NCBI RefSeq assembly: GCF_030028105.1
Contig: NC_092379.1
Span: 26,405,821 to 26,469,820 of the forward strand
Direction: 5' to 3'
DNA: 64,000 nt
From: Mobula birostris
Lineage: Eukaryota
Made by a program: the position numbers and the translations under genes
Notes under the pieces: generated by a model
The model's database searches: none
What the model saw: only the letters and a program-made list of their open reading frames with translations
Told to the model about the DNA's origin: nothing
Part shown: positions 37,633-49,231 of the stretch, in pieces
How positions within the stretch are numbered: position 1 is the first letter of the stretch
Layout of the letters: each line of letters begins with the position of its first letter

Positions 37633-38067
37633 GCATCATAGCACAAAGATACATGGCAGAATCGGAGACGAGAGCCCCAGCAATTGTAATAGTCACATGC
37701 CGACTACAGGTGTCTACTGCAACAGAAAATCAGTCTGGAAAATCGGGAGGTCATTCCTCAATACCACTGCAGAGCTTTTTAAGTAGAAATTTCCGGCACG
37801 TCCCGGGAAACTGAGTGTACTAGAAGCAGTAGTACTGCCTTAAGATGCAGGTAGTTGCATTTGAGGGTTACCGTCTGCCCTTCCTCAGCCGTTAATACAG
37901 GCGGTGTCTCGGAAACTTGCTCCTCACCGCAAGCTCCTGAAAGGAAAAAAAAAGTGTGCAATTAGCAGTTTGCGTGTAAAACAAATCCGATTCGTAATTG
38001 GATTCGTAATAATAGACCCAACTGGACTTACGAGAATTACTATCACGACGAGATGTGCGAAGTTCAT
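37633..38067 (-). pseudogene. TCR alpha/delta V pseudogene (leader 38067-38022, V exon 37936-37633)
   Basis: Leader MNFAHLVVIVILVSP with donor GT changed to TT. Exon GACGEEQVSETPPVLTAEEGQTVTLKCNY, then a frameshift, Trp to TAG (37820-37822) and two TGA stops; ends TIAGALVSDSAMYLCAMM. Confidence 0.92.
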
Positions 38068-38407
38068 GGTGTTGTCCTGAAGGCAGATGAATGAACACGT
38101 GCACGTCTGTGTATGAGAACACAAACACAAATCTGATTATTTTATTTTCCAGATACTTGGCATTCTGCTACTTGCCGATTGGTCTGTTATTCAGATAAGA
38201 CTGGTTTGGGACAAATCACCTTTGCATACGTCATGTCATGCATGTCATTCCGAGTTGATTTTCGATTCCAAATGTATACAAAATATCAGAACAGGTCAGC
38301 AAATGGCTGGAGAGTAAGTATTGCACCTTAACATTTCCACTTTTCCTTTGGTGATTAACATCTGCAGATACTGCATGAAGGATTTTCTCTCTTCATCGTT
38401 TGCGCAG

Positions 38408-38715
38408 AGAAGAGACAATATGAAGACAAATCTTTTTTTTTTCTGCGACCTTGTTTTGTGGGGTTGGTTTAAATGTCTGTCGGAGGCAGCTTCTAATGGG
38501 TCGTACATCCACGGACCCGCTTGAAGTATGCAGCATCGCTTTGCCAGCAGCTGTCTTGTGTACCACGGCTCGGGTGTTCGGTTTCAGTCGGTTTACTATC
38601 GTCTTCCAGTGCTCATTTTGACACTCAATTCGAGCCCAGTGCTAAAGAGTAATTAGTAAATTTATCTTCAGCGTTATGGAAGCCCACGAACACTCTTTGC
38701 CATGCATCTGTTTGC
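38408..38715 (+). pseudogene. Tentative decayed V relic (paralog of 46364-46675)
   Basis: Pyrimidine-rich acceptor at 38407; TSTDP motif; ends VNLSSALWKPTNTLCHAS. Confidence 0.3.
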
Positions 38716-39047
38716 TGAATATTTTATGTCATAGTTTGTGTAAGGTGGGTATTTCGATGGGTGTTCCAGTATTTTACTGCTTCTGAGAAATGATCGGTAT
38801 ACTTATTCGTTATAAGAGACTTCTCCCTCGCTCATCAAATCCGTGCCCCTGTTTCCATATTAGAGATCTGAAATAAAAATTGAAACAAGAGCCGACTTTG
38901 GGTTATACACAATATATTTAGCAAATCTCAGATAATATGTAGCAAGTCGGCAGCAAATGTCTGATGTAAATTTATATGTGAATATTATGTAAAGTTTGAG
39001 ATATCTGTTGTGGGGATGTTTACTCTCACCTCACACCCCCACCCCCG

Positions 39048-39105
39048 TCTCTCTCTCTCTCTCTCTCTCCCCCTCCTCTCTCTGTCCGCCTCTTTCTCTC
39101 TCTCT
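39048..39105. repeat. Imperfect (TC)n microsatellite
   Basis: Direct inspection; paralog at 47022-47087. Confidence 0.9.
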
Positions 39106-40263
39106 GGATTTCCATTTAGAGGATTTTTAACATCCTTTAACATCTTCTGTGCCTAGCAGGTTAGACACAGATCGAGTCTGCCCACTACAGCTCTGTCTCC
39201 TACTCTCGCATTAAAGTACCAGAGTTGCCCCATCATTTTTGCTTGCATGAATACATAGTTAATGCCTTTGATTGTCAGGCATCCAGGAAAGTATCTTCGG
39301 GAGATAAAGTCTAAAATGCTCTCAGATGGAACAACTTACTGCATTGATAAACAAGAAGAATAAACTGGAGATGCATTTCTTTTTATCCGTTTGACAGTGT
39401 TTTCGAAGACGTTATATTGAAAAGATTGCATTTAAATTATTAAGTATTTGAGAAGGAAGGACGTCAAGTTTATTTATAATAAGTAAGTAACAGTACTATT
39501 TCTTTTTCTCGAATGTGTCTGCAGAATACTGCTGAGATCTCTTCCATATGCTAATCTACAGTTGTGGATCACATAGCCGTATAACAGCGGCAACAGCGAT
39601 AAATAGATCAGACATAGAGGACACCTTTCCCAGGAAACCTGAAGGAGAGCAGTGTCAAACCGAGATTCAATGAATCAACAACTACAACTAGATCACCGAT
39701 GCAGCAATCTGCAAGTTTCGTGTGTACAATTCCAGCTCCTGTTTCTCAGTTTTATTTTTAAATGCAGTACATAGCCGTCCTGTGCGTTAATGGCAAATAT
39801 CTGAATACACGGAACACTATGACAATGCCACCAACAATTGGAATGCTTATAATAGCACACTAGTGTTTTCTGTTCTAACTAAAACATTAACCTAATTCAG
39901 ACGAACTCGGAGAGCGTGTGTCAAGTTTCGAGTTTACTTAAAGAGAGGCACACGTTATCACGTGTTTGCGCCATGATGTTTGCAGTTCATATATATGCAT
40001 ATAACTGCTAATGAATGATTTAATCGAACCAGAATGCTTAAGCAAGGTATGTACATACACATTATTACTGAACTATTATTGAAATATTACATGCACACCA
40101 CCACCAGTTTGAAAATTTGAGGCCACCATTTACTGCACCCTGCCACGGCCTTCGGCTACGGGACATTTACCTACAGTGACCTGCTTCAATATTTTTTTCT
40201 CTGGGTGCGACTAGATCAGTGTTCTTCTTATTGTAACTGACCAAAACTCTGTTAGAGATTGGG

Positions 40264-41538
40264 TGTCAAGGTCGGGTCCGTTAACTTCACATTCCAGTTT
40301 AAGGTCCGGTCTGTCGATCCGTATTCCAGGTTTTACGGTTTTCCATTGTACTGTTGGGTGCTCTAACTAAGGCACATGATTTTCATTTGGGCAGACACAT
40401 AAATACCTCCGGAAACCAGGGCTTGGCTGGTCGATTGTTCCTGTCCAAACCCCTGTCTGAATCCCTTCTCTACCCATTCCTTCGAAGAATTGCCCTGCAA
40501 CCACTGTCTGAAGCCTTGCCTTTCTTGCCTCGCCTGTAACCCTCGCCTGCACCGCTGTCAAGTTCAACCGCCAGAACAAGATAAGGAACTAGTTATCGAT
40601 GTTTTGAACTGTCTTTGTGTCGACGCCTTCGCGAGGTAGGTCTGGTCGTTTGTCGCTGCCTAGTGTTTGGATCCATTCTTTTATCCACAACTTCGCTAGT
40701 TAAGTCTGGCCATTTGCCGCTACAGAGTGTTTGGAACCATTTCGTCCTGTTCAGCATTCTGTGTATAAGTCAAGGACCCACGTCCTGTTCCCAAGGAGGA
40801 CCCCCGACTGTGTGTTCTGTGTATGAGTCCCCCCTCTACGTCCTGCTCCCAACGAGGGGTCCCTGCTCTATGTTCTGGGTTCCTGTCCCCTCGACCAATT
40901 CATGGCTTCGTGTTCTCGATCTGTCCATGTGCCTCGCCCAGCTCAGGAGTACCTCGCCCCACCGGGTGCTGGGTTCCATCGTCCTGTCCAGGAGTCTCTT
41001 GTCCTGTCCAAGCCACTTCCAGAAATTCGTCCCGTCCAAGTCACGTCCAAGAACTTCCTCCTGTTAAAGCCACGTCCAAGAACCTCGCCCTGCTCAAGTC
41101 AAGGCTTTGTGTTCTCGTCCTGTGCAGGTGCCTCGTCCTGTGCAGGAGTTCCACGTCCTGTTCTGTAGCCAGGTCCTGTCATTGCCAAGATCCTAATCCC
41201 GGGTCCGAGCTTAGACCCGGTTTCCGGTTCTGAGTCAAGACCCACGTTCCGAGACCTAACCAACACCCAGGTTCTGTGTCTTTGTCCAGGCTATTGTTAG
41301 GGAGTTCCGTGTCACTAGTCCCGGCTCCTTGTTCCCAGTTCCTTGTCCGAATTCCCCGTTTCTTATTCATGTCCTAGGCCAGGCCCTGCATCCTTGTCTC
41401 GCCCACAGCCTGTGGCTAAGTCCAGCGTCCTTTCTTCCCCACTTCCCTTGCTTGCCTGACTCTAGTTCTATTCCTATTTTTAGTACTTCAGTGTTTGTGT
41501 CTTGTATTTGGGTCCGCCAAAACAGCCACCTTATGACA
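40264..41538 (+). mobile_element. Solo LTR with 5-bp TSD (TTGGG)
   Basis: TGTCA...TGACA termini, TTGGG on both sides, internal minisatellites. Confidence 0.88.
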
Positions 41539-42071
41539 TTGGGGGGGGGGGGGGGCAAATTTTCAATTCGAGCATGTATTAGCGTTTTTCAGAAGGGAAA
41601 TAAGAGATTGCGAAGTTTTATTCCCGGATGAAATAATGAGTAAGGCTGTGGTACATTGAATATAATATGAATAAACGCGACGTCAGTTACTGCAGAAGGA
41701 AAAATTAAAGCAAAATTGTAATTTAGTTTGACAGGAACTTAGATATAAGGCAGTGTGATTGATCTCAGAACCAGTAGTCCAACTAGAATTACTCCATCAG
41801 AACCAACGAGGAATTAGGAAAAAAATTACGAAGTAGAGACGTGAATTGGAAGAAAGTTGGGTAACATCCAGGCAGATCTAAAGGGTGCTCACACGATAAC
41901 CCAATTGATTATAATCACGACATTTAGAAAAAAAATACAAAAATATAGAAAAAAATCACCAGGTTTCCCTATGCGATAAACTGTATCCTGTCCATACAGA
42001 AAGTCGATTGTTGTAATTATTCCGAAAAAGTTGTGAAAATATAGACATATACGACAAGAGGTTACAGAAAC

Positions 42072-42356
42072 CTCCTGGGGTATATGGGGTGTCAGGGAGG
42101 GGTAGCACCTCTGGTGGGGAAACATGTCGCGTCCTTTTCAGGGCGGTTAGTCCAACTTTGGCCCCCACCTGGCACTCAACTCTCACCTGTGGCTCCCCGT
42201 AGCTGTTTGCATGCGACAGCGGCCACAGCCCGGGCAACGGCTTCGACAAGCCGGATAAACCAGCTGAGGATAGCTGACGGGTCTCAAACCCTCGGTGAGA
42301 TAGGGAGTTGTCTATACCAGCATGTGAAGACAGACTCCGGTGGATTGAGCGGACGA
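42072..42356 (+). mobile_element. ~285-bp insertion present only in unit A; probable 5' end of an RTE-like non-LTR element
   Basis: Unit B reads GAGGTTACAGAAAC-ATACT-GACTGG at the empty site (~49781-49806). The insert is GC-rich and contains an HDV-like fold. The family assignment is an inference. Confidence 0.6.
42086..42268 (+). ncRNA. HDV-like ribozyme fold, probably inactive
   Basis: P1 GGGGUGU/ACA(G)CCC; P2 CUCACCUG/CAG(C)UGAG; P3 GGC/GCC with an L3 starting UCCCCGUA; J1/4 GGGCAAC; P4 GGCUU/AAGCC; J4/2 GG-A-UAA, with A (42255) at the catalytic-C position. Confidence 0.55.
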
Positions 42357-42639
42357 GACTGGCGTTGTTCTTGACAGTAGATTTGCTGGAAAGTGTTTGT
42401 TTTCGTTTTGACATCTTGCTCTAAGGAAAATATTGCTTTAAAAACATAAGGCTTTTATTTGCAACACATACACGAGCAAGAACTTATTCAGCCATGGGTC
42501 TGTCAGTATTTACGGCAGAGACACGAGGAGGCTCAGTCCTTAAAATTACATTCAGCTCGTAATACTGGACATTTCTTTCAGCTTCAATCCGTTCAAGGAG
42601 CATGTGTCAGGAAAGGAGAGGGAATAAGGGATAAGATTA

Positions 42640-42956
42640 TATGGCACAAAAAAATTGCAACAATGTATCAGATGTGACAGGCCTATTCGCCTAACATTGC
42701 CATCATTCGTCATTTAAATGCAGTTACAGAAAGACCAGTTTTGTAGAAAGTCCGAGAAAGAAGTCCAAGAACGTCACTGAATAATTATAATTTTATGAAA
42801 TGTAGGTGTTTCGGTCACTTTGAGTGGAAGACCGGATGTGTAATTATATAAAGCAACGATTAGATATAATGGATATACAGTAGTCTGCTTCCCAATAATT
42901 ACTTGTCTGCTCTGTCCATGCTCCGGGATTGCTTCATTCAATATAGCTGAGTCCAA
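42640..42956 (-). pseudogene. Tentative decayed V relic (paralog of 50080-50394)
   Basis: Acceptor mutated to TCTCTTCTACAT; LYNY motif; GCA ATT TTT TGT GCC (AIFCA) about 310 nt downstream. Confidence 0.33.
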
Positions 42957-43511
42957 ATGTAGAAGAGATAATTTCGAAGGGCCATCTCCCACCATTAATT
43001 ACAGAACGACCTCAACAGATAAGTTGGTAAACAAAAAAAAATTAAAATGATTGAACACAATGAACTCTGAAAAATTACTTCTTGCTTCAATACAACAAAA
43101 TGCAAACAGCCGAGAGGCCGTAATTGCTTGAAAATGCCAATGGATATGTGAACTCTCTGTTAAATATAGTTCCTCTACTAACCTTTCCAATAGTCTCTTA
43201 TAGCGATGTTTCATTTAACTCACTGGATTACGAGACCACCTACTCTGAAATTAGAAATGGGACCAGCATCAATATTTTTGCATTTAATAATCGTTCTTCA
43301 AGGTCATGTGTATACCATGGTATATGTATTGTTGCACTGAAATGTGAGTCAATATCATGGTTCTAATGCAGTTATATCTGCTGCTGGCAAGCACCTGAAG
43401 ATTGAGTTACTAAAGCTATGTGAAAGAGCTAATTTGCCTCCGGGAGCACGCATTCGACAAAGGAGAGTAATTTATCATTTCCCTTATAACTGCATGGGCA
43501 TGCACAATCAA

Positions 43512-43820
43512 CATAGAGCATAGAACATAGAAATCTACAGCGCATTACAGGACTTTCGGTTCACAATGTTGCGCTGAACATATAGTCTACTCTAGACACG
43601 TCCTGGAATTTCTGTAGCGCATAGCCATTTAATTTTCTGAGCTCTATGTACCTATCTGAGGGTATTAAAACCCGATTGGATGCGCTTCCACCACCGCCGT
43701 CAGCACTGCATTCCACGCAACAACAACTCTCTGTGTTAAAAACGGACCACTGACGTCCCCTCGATACCTATTGCCAAGCACGTTAACACAATGCACCCTC
43801 CTTTTGGCCATTTAGCCCTA
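43512..43820 (-). mobile_element. CR1 3'-end fragment (shared by both duplicate units)
   Basis: CATAGAACATAGAA tail and TTCCACCACC...GCATTCCACGCA..ACTCTCTGTGT, the reverse of a CR1 3' end like that at 9640-9860. Confidence 0.7.
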
Positions 43821-45549
43821 GGCTATTCACACGATCAATGCCGGTCATTATCATGTGCAATACTGCTCTGATATTCCGGCTTTACATTCTTCAATGTAAA
43901 TCAACTACGAAACATTTTGAGGAACACTTACAACTGGACACTCACGGCTGATCCCCCGATGTCAAAAACTTACAAAAGGTGGTGATTGGGCGAAGATTAT
44001 ACACCTGCCAACGTTTCTTTTGGAATGATACATTTCATTTTCAGTTGGATGTGATTGATCGTGAAAGTTCGCAAATGAATTTCCCTCGTTTATCTGGTGC
44101 AACGTAAAACAGATTATTGTGTGCACAGCGATTCATATAGCATATGTGGAGGAAGATTGTCTTTGACATGCCGTATTTAACAGCAGCTTCCTTCACCAAA
44201 CCCTGCTCCGCTCCATATTCCAGCATTGTTTTCTACTAGGGTTTTCCATGGATTTGTTAGGAATTACGCTTTAATTGACTCTTTTGAAGTATGCAGCTTC
44301 TCTTTCCTATTGGCCACCTTCCGTTTGTCTGCAGGACATTCATTTTCACAGTGATGTTGTGAGCAGCGCTGAATAAATATTCAAAAATTAATGTTTCGAG
44401 TTAGAGGAGCAGACGAGCTCTCTTAGCGATGCATCAAGCTTGCAAAATAGTTAGTTTTGTCTTTTGTGTAAGGTGGGGGACTTCGAAATTTGTTCGAATC
44501 CTTCACTGCTTATAAATGAAGTGTTGAAGTGCTCGTTCATAATTAACGTCTTCTGTCTCACTCATCACGGTAGGTACATGCAATGATCAATGGAACCCGC
44601 AACGACTGTATGCTAAATATATTCTAGATTGAAAAATGCAGAGATATTCAGCAAATCGGCATGTAATGCCAAATGCAAAATAATAATTTTAAGTAGTTAA
44701 TATACTTTAAGACGTGAGAATTCTCGTGTAGAGACTTTGTTTATTTCTTTCTCTCTCTCCTTCGCTGTATATTTCTATCTGTCTATCTATTTCCCTCACT
44801 CTCTCATTCTCTCTCACTATGCATTTTAAACTGAAAACCATTCTTTTCATTTTCAGTGTAGTTGTCCCATCGTAACAACAGCAATGCTGGATACCAAAAA
44901 CAGAACTGCATGGATTGCAGGGGGAAAAAAAACACCGGGTCATATTACAAGAAACATGCGATTGTACATTGTAACTAAAGAGCAGGTGTATTGGTGGTGA
45001 AGCCAAGTGCAGAGCAAGGTGTATTAATAATTCTTACTCAGACTTGATATACACATGAAATCATAACAAAATGGTCAGATCACAACCAGTATCACTATGC
45101 ATGGAAGTCCCATGTTTGAGCACAGAGTGTTCATCGTCAGCCACTTAACCAGAGATTTTCCACGAAGTAATGTGGCAGACAATAATTGGCTGCCTGGGTC
45201 TTAAATATACAGCAGCAGGTAACCGTACAGCCGGGAATAGGAAATCGGAAGCTAGGACCCGTGCCGTTGTTTCGTAGGGACCATGGCTTATATGAAGCAG
45301 TATGTGTTGCCTTAATTTTGGATTACCGAGGTAGATCACTGGTTGAACAGGTTGAATTGAGCAGCAGATGTTTGTACCCAATGACATTTCAGATTATAGG
45401 GAACGGTGTTAGTATTATAGCTTTGTTGATTTTAAACAACAGTTTTAATTCGCTGCTGCTGTGCACACTGAACTCTTTCTTCTTTTCCATCGATCAGCCC
45501 AGTTCAACGCATTTGAGCGCCCCCTGGAGACAACACGCTGGATTATCTG

Positions 45550-45589
45550 TGTTTTTGACCGGATCTATCGCTATTACAAAACCAATATG
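45550..45589 (-). other. Degenerate RSS
   Basis: Minus strand: CATATTG (essential CAC broken) + 24 nt + TCAAAAACA. Confidence 0.75.
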
Positions 45590-46026
45590 GGCATCATGGC
45601 ACAGAAATACACTGCAGAATCGGAGAAGGGAGCCCCGGCGATTAATAAAGTCACGTGCCGACTACTTGTGTCTAATAGAACTGTCTGGAAAATCGGGAGA
45701 TCGTTCCTCAAAACCAGTGCTGAGTTTTTTTTTTAACCTAGAAATTTCGGCCACAACCCCGGATACCGGCTGTACCAGAAAGCAGTAGTGCTGCCGTACG
45801 CTGCGGAGTACTTGCAGTTCGGGGTTACCGTCTGCCTTTCCTCAGCCGTTTATGCAGGCGGCTTCTGGGATACTGTCTTCTCGCCACAAGATCCTGGAAG
45901 AAGAAAAAAAAATAGCGCAATGAGCAGTCTGTGTGTAAAACAAATCAGTTTCGTAATTGGATTCGTAATCATAGACCCACCTTAACGTACGAGAACTACT
46001 ATCACGACAAGATGTGCGAAGTCCAT
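45590..46026 (-). pseudogene. TCR alpha/delta V pseudogene (leader 46026-45981, V exon 45893-45590)
   Basis: Leader MDFAHLVVIVVLVR* (TAA at codon 15; donor intact). Exon GSCGEKTVSQKPPA*TAEERQTVTPNCKYSAAYGSTTAFWYSRYPG..., with stops and frameshifts; ends LIAGAPFSDSAVYFCAMM. Confidence 0.92.
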
Positions 46027-46363
46027 GGTGTTGTCCTGAAGTCAGATGCATAAACGAGTGCACGTCTATGTAGAAAACACACAGCTCAAATCTGATTATA
46101 TAATTTTGCAGATAGTTGACATTCTGCTACTTCTCGATTGGCCTGTCACTCAGATAGGACTGGTTCAGCACAAATTATCTTCGTCGTCATGTGATGCACA
46201 ACATTCCGAGGTGATTTTCGATTCCAAATGTATACAAAATTCAGAACAAGTCAGCAAATAGCTGGAGAGTAAGCATTGCTCATTAACATTACTACTTTTA
46301 CTTCGGTGATTAACATCTGCAGCTACTGCATGAAGGATTTTTTCTCTTACTCGTTTGCGTCAG

Positions 46364-46675
46364 AGAAGACACAATATATGGACAAATATTTTTTCTTGCG
46401 ACCTTGTTTTGTGGGGTTAGTTTAAATGTATGTCGGAAGCGGGTTCTGATGGGTCGTACATCCACGGACCCGCTTGAAGTATGAAGCATCTCTTTGCCAG
46501 CGGCTGCCTTGTGAACTACGGCGAAGGGACTTCGGTTTCAGTCCGTTTACCATCGTCTTCCAGTCCTCATTTTGACACCGAAGTCGCGACCAGTGCCAAA
46601 GAACAATTAGTAAATTTATCTTCAGCGTTATGGGAACCCACGGACACTCTTTGCCATGCATGTGGTTGTTAAAGA
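46364..46675 (+). pseudogene. Tentative decayed V relic
   Basis: Acceptor at 46363; TSTDP and (W)YKH motifs; HFDTEVATSAKEQLVNLSSALWEPTDTLCHAC has D-x5-C spacing, with TGT 300 nt from the acceptor. Confidence 0.37.
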
Positions 46676-47018
46676 TTTTATGTCAACGTATGTGTAAGGT
46701 GGGGGATTTCGATGTGTGTTCCAGTATTGTACTGTTTCTAATAAATGATCGATATCCTTATTAGCAACCTGTGTCTTTTCCCTCGTTCATCAAACCCGTG
46801 TCCCTGTTTCCATATTAGAGATCTGAAATAATAAATGAAACAAGTGCCGACTCTGGGTCACACACAATATATTTAGCAAAATTCAGGAAATATTTATCAA
46901 GTCGGCAGCAAATGTCTGATGTAAATTTGTGATGTGAATATAATTTAAAGTTGGAGGTAACTGTTATAGGGATGTTTACCCTCACGTCCCTGGCACCGCC
47001 CCCCACCCCGTCAATCTC

Positions 47019-47021
<3 letters not shown>

Positions 47022-47070
<49 letters not shown>

Positions 47071-47087
47071 CTCTCTCTTTCTCTCTC
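47022..47087. repeat. (TC)n microsatellite
   Basis: Direct inspection. Confidence 0.95.
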
Positions 47088-48089
47088 GCCGGATTTCCAT
47101 TCAGCGAATTTTTAACATCCTCAGTGCCTCAGTACCCTAATGCTTCCAGATGGAACAACTTAATACATTGATAAACCGGAAGAACAAACTGGAGATGTAA
47201 ATGTTTATCCGTTTGAGAGTGATAAAGTAAATTCGAATACGTTGTATTGAAATGACTGTATTTGACGTATTAAGTACTTGAAAAGGAAGGACGTCAGGTT
47301 TATTTGTAATATATAAGTCATAGAATTTTTTTCCTCAACTTGTCTGCAGAATAGTGGTGAGATCGCTTCCAGATGATAAACTACTGTTGTGGATCACATA
47401 TCCGTATAGCAGAGGCAACAGAGAAAAATAGATTGGACTTAGAGGACACTTTTCCCAGGAAACGTTAAGGAGAGCAGCGCCGAACTGAGATTCCATTAGT
47501 CAACATCTAGATCACTGATACAGAAATTTGCAAGATTGTGTTGGCAATTCCTGCTCCTATTTCTCAGTTTTATTTTTAAATGCAGGACGCCGCTGTCCTC
47601 TACATTCATGGCAAGTATCTGAATGGAAGGAACATGATTACAATGCCACTAACAATTGGAATGCATATTATGGTACACTACTGTTTCTGTTCTAACTAAA
47701 ACATTAACCTAATTCAAACGACGTCGGGAAGTCGGGGAGTGTCTGTCAAGTTTCGAGTTAATTTAACGAGAGGCACTTACATATCACGTTTTTGCGCGAT
47801 GAGGTGTGCAGTTCATGTATATGTATATAACTGTAAATTAATTATTTAATCGAAACACAATGCTTAAGCAAGGTATGCACATACGCATTATTACTGAAAG
47901 ATTATTGAAATATTACATATACACCACCATCAGTTTGAAAATTGGTCGTCAGCATTTACTGCATGCTGCCACGGCCTCCAACTAGGGAACATTATCCTGC
48001 AGAGACCTGCTACAAACATCTTTGCTCTGTGTGCGACTAGTTCAGTGATCTTCTTATTGTAACTGACTAGAACTATGTTAGCGATTGGG

Positions 48090-49231
48090 TGTCAAGGTTC
48101 GGTCCGTGAACTCTGCATTTCGTTTCTAGCTCCGGTCCGTTAATCCATATTCCAGGTTTTCTGGTTTTCAATTGTTCTGTTGGGTGCTTTAATTAGGGAA
48201 CATGATTCTCATTTAGGCAGACACATAAATACCTCCGGAGACCAGAGCTTGGCTGCTGGATTGTTCGTGTCCAAACACCCTGTCTGAATCCCTTCACTGC
48301 ACCTTCCTTCTGAAGCCGTACACTGCAACCAGTGTCGAAAGGGTTGCCCTGCAATAATTGTCTGAAGCCTTGCCCTGCAACAACTGTCTGAAGCCTTGCC
48401 TCGCCTGAAGCCTTACCTCTCTTGTAACCCTCGACTGCACCGATGAACTTGCTATCGTTGTTTTGAACTGTCTGTGTGTCCACACCTTCGCTAGGTAGGT
48501 CTGGCCGTTTGCCGCTACTTAGTGTTAGGAACCGTCTCGTTGTGTTCAGCATTCTGTGTATGCGTCCCGGCCCCATGTCCTGTTCCCAAGGAGGGGTCCC
48601 CGCGCTGTGTTTTGCTTTTCCGTCTCCCGTAACCAAGGCTCTGCGTTCCTGTCACCCTCGACCAAGTTAAGGCCTCATGTTCTCGCCCAGCCCAGGAGTA
48701 CTCCACCCAGCCCGGTGCTGGGGTTCCCTCGTCCTGTCGACGAGTCTCTCGTCCTGTGCAAGCCACGTCGAAGAACCTCGCCCTGTCCAAGTCAAGGCTT
48801 TGTGTTCTCGTCCTGTCCAGGTGCTTCGTCCTGTGCAGGAGTTCCGCGTCCTGTTCTGTAGCCACGTCCTGTCCTTGCCAAGATCCTAATCCCGGGTCCG
48901 AGCTTAGACCCGGTTTCTGGTTCCGAGTCAAGACCCACGTTCCGAATTCCAACCAACACCCAGGCTCTGTGTCTTTGTTCTGGCTATGTTTAGCGAGTCC
49001 CGTGTCATTATTCGCAGCTCCTTATTTCCAGTTCCTTGTCCTGGTTCTCTGTTTCCTAGCCATGTCCTAGCCCAGGCTCTGCATCCTTGTCTCGCCCAGA
49101 GTCTGTGGCTATGTCCAGCGTCCTTTCCTCCCCACTTCCCTTGCTTGCTTAACTCTAGTCGTATTGCTACTTCTAGTACTTCAGTGTCTGTGTCTAGAAT
49201 TTGTGTCAGCCACCAGCACCACCTTATGACA
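48090..49231 (+). mobile_element. Solo LTR with 5-bp TSD (TTGGG); duplicate of 40264-41538
   Basis: TGTCA...TGACA, same TSD and same flanks as the unit A copy. Confidence 0.88.

Larger units (their letters stand above)
36306..44272 (+). repeat. Tandem segmental duplication, unit A (~8 kb)
   Basis: Colinear with 44273-51750 throughout (e.g. 36330-36420 vs 44295-44390, V pseudogene, (TC)n, solo LTR, CR1 tail). Roughly 80-85% identity by eye. Confidence 0.92.

Noticed and set aside
39520-39730. V-like 3' half (ITDAAIC; paralog ~47350-47550)
   Set aside because: Only about 200 nt from acceptor to end, conserved residues missing, and no RSS.
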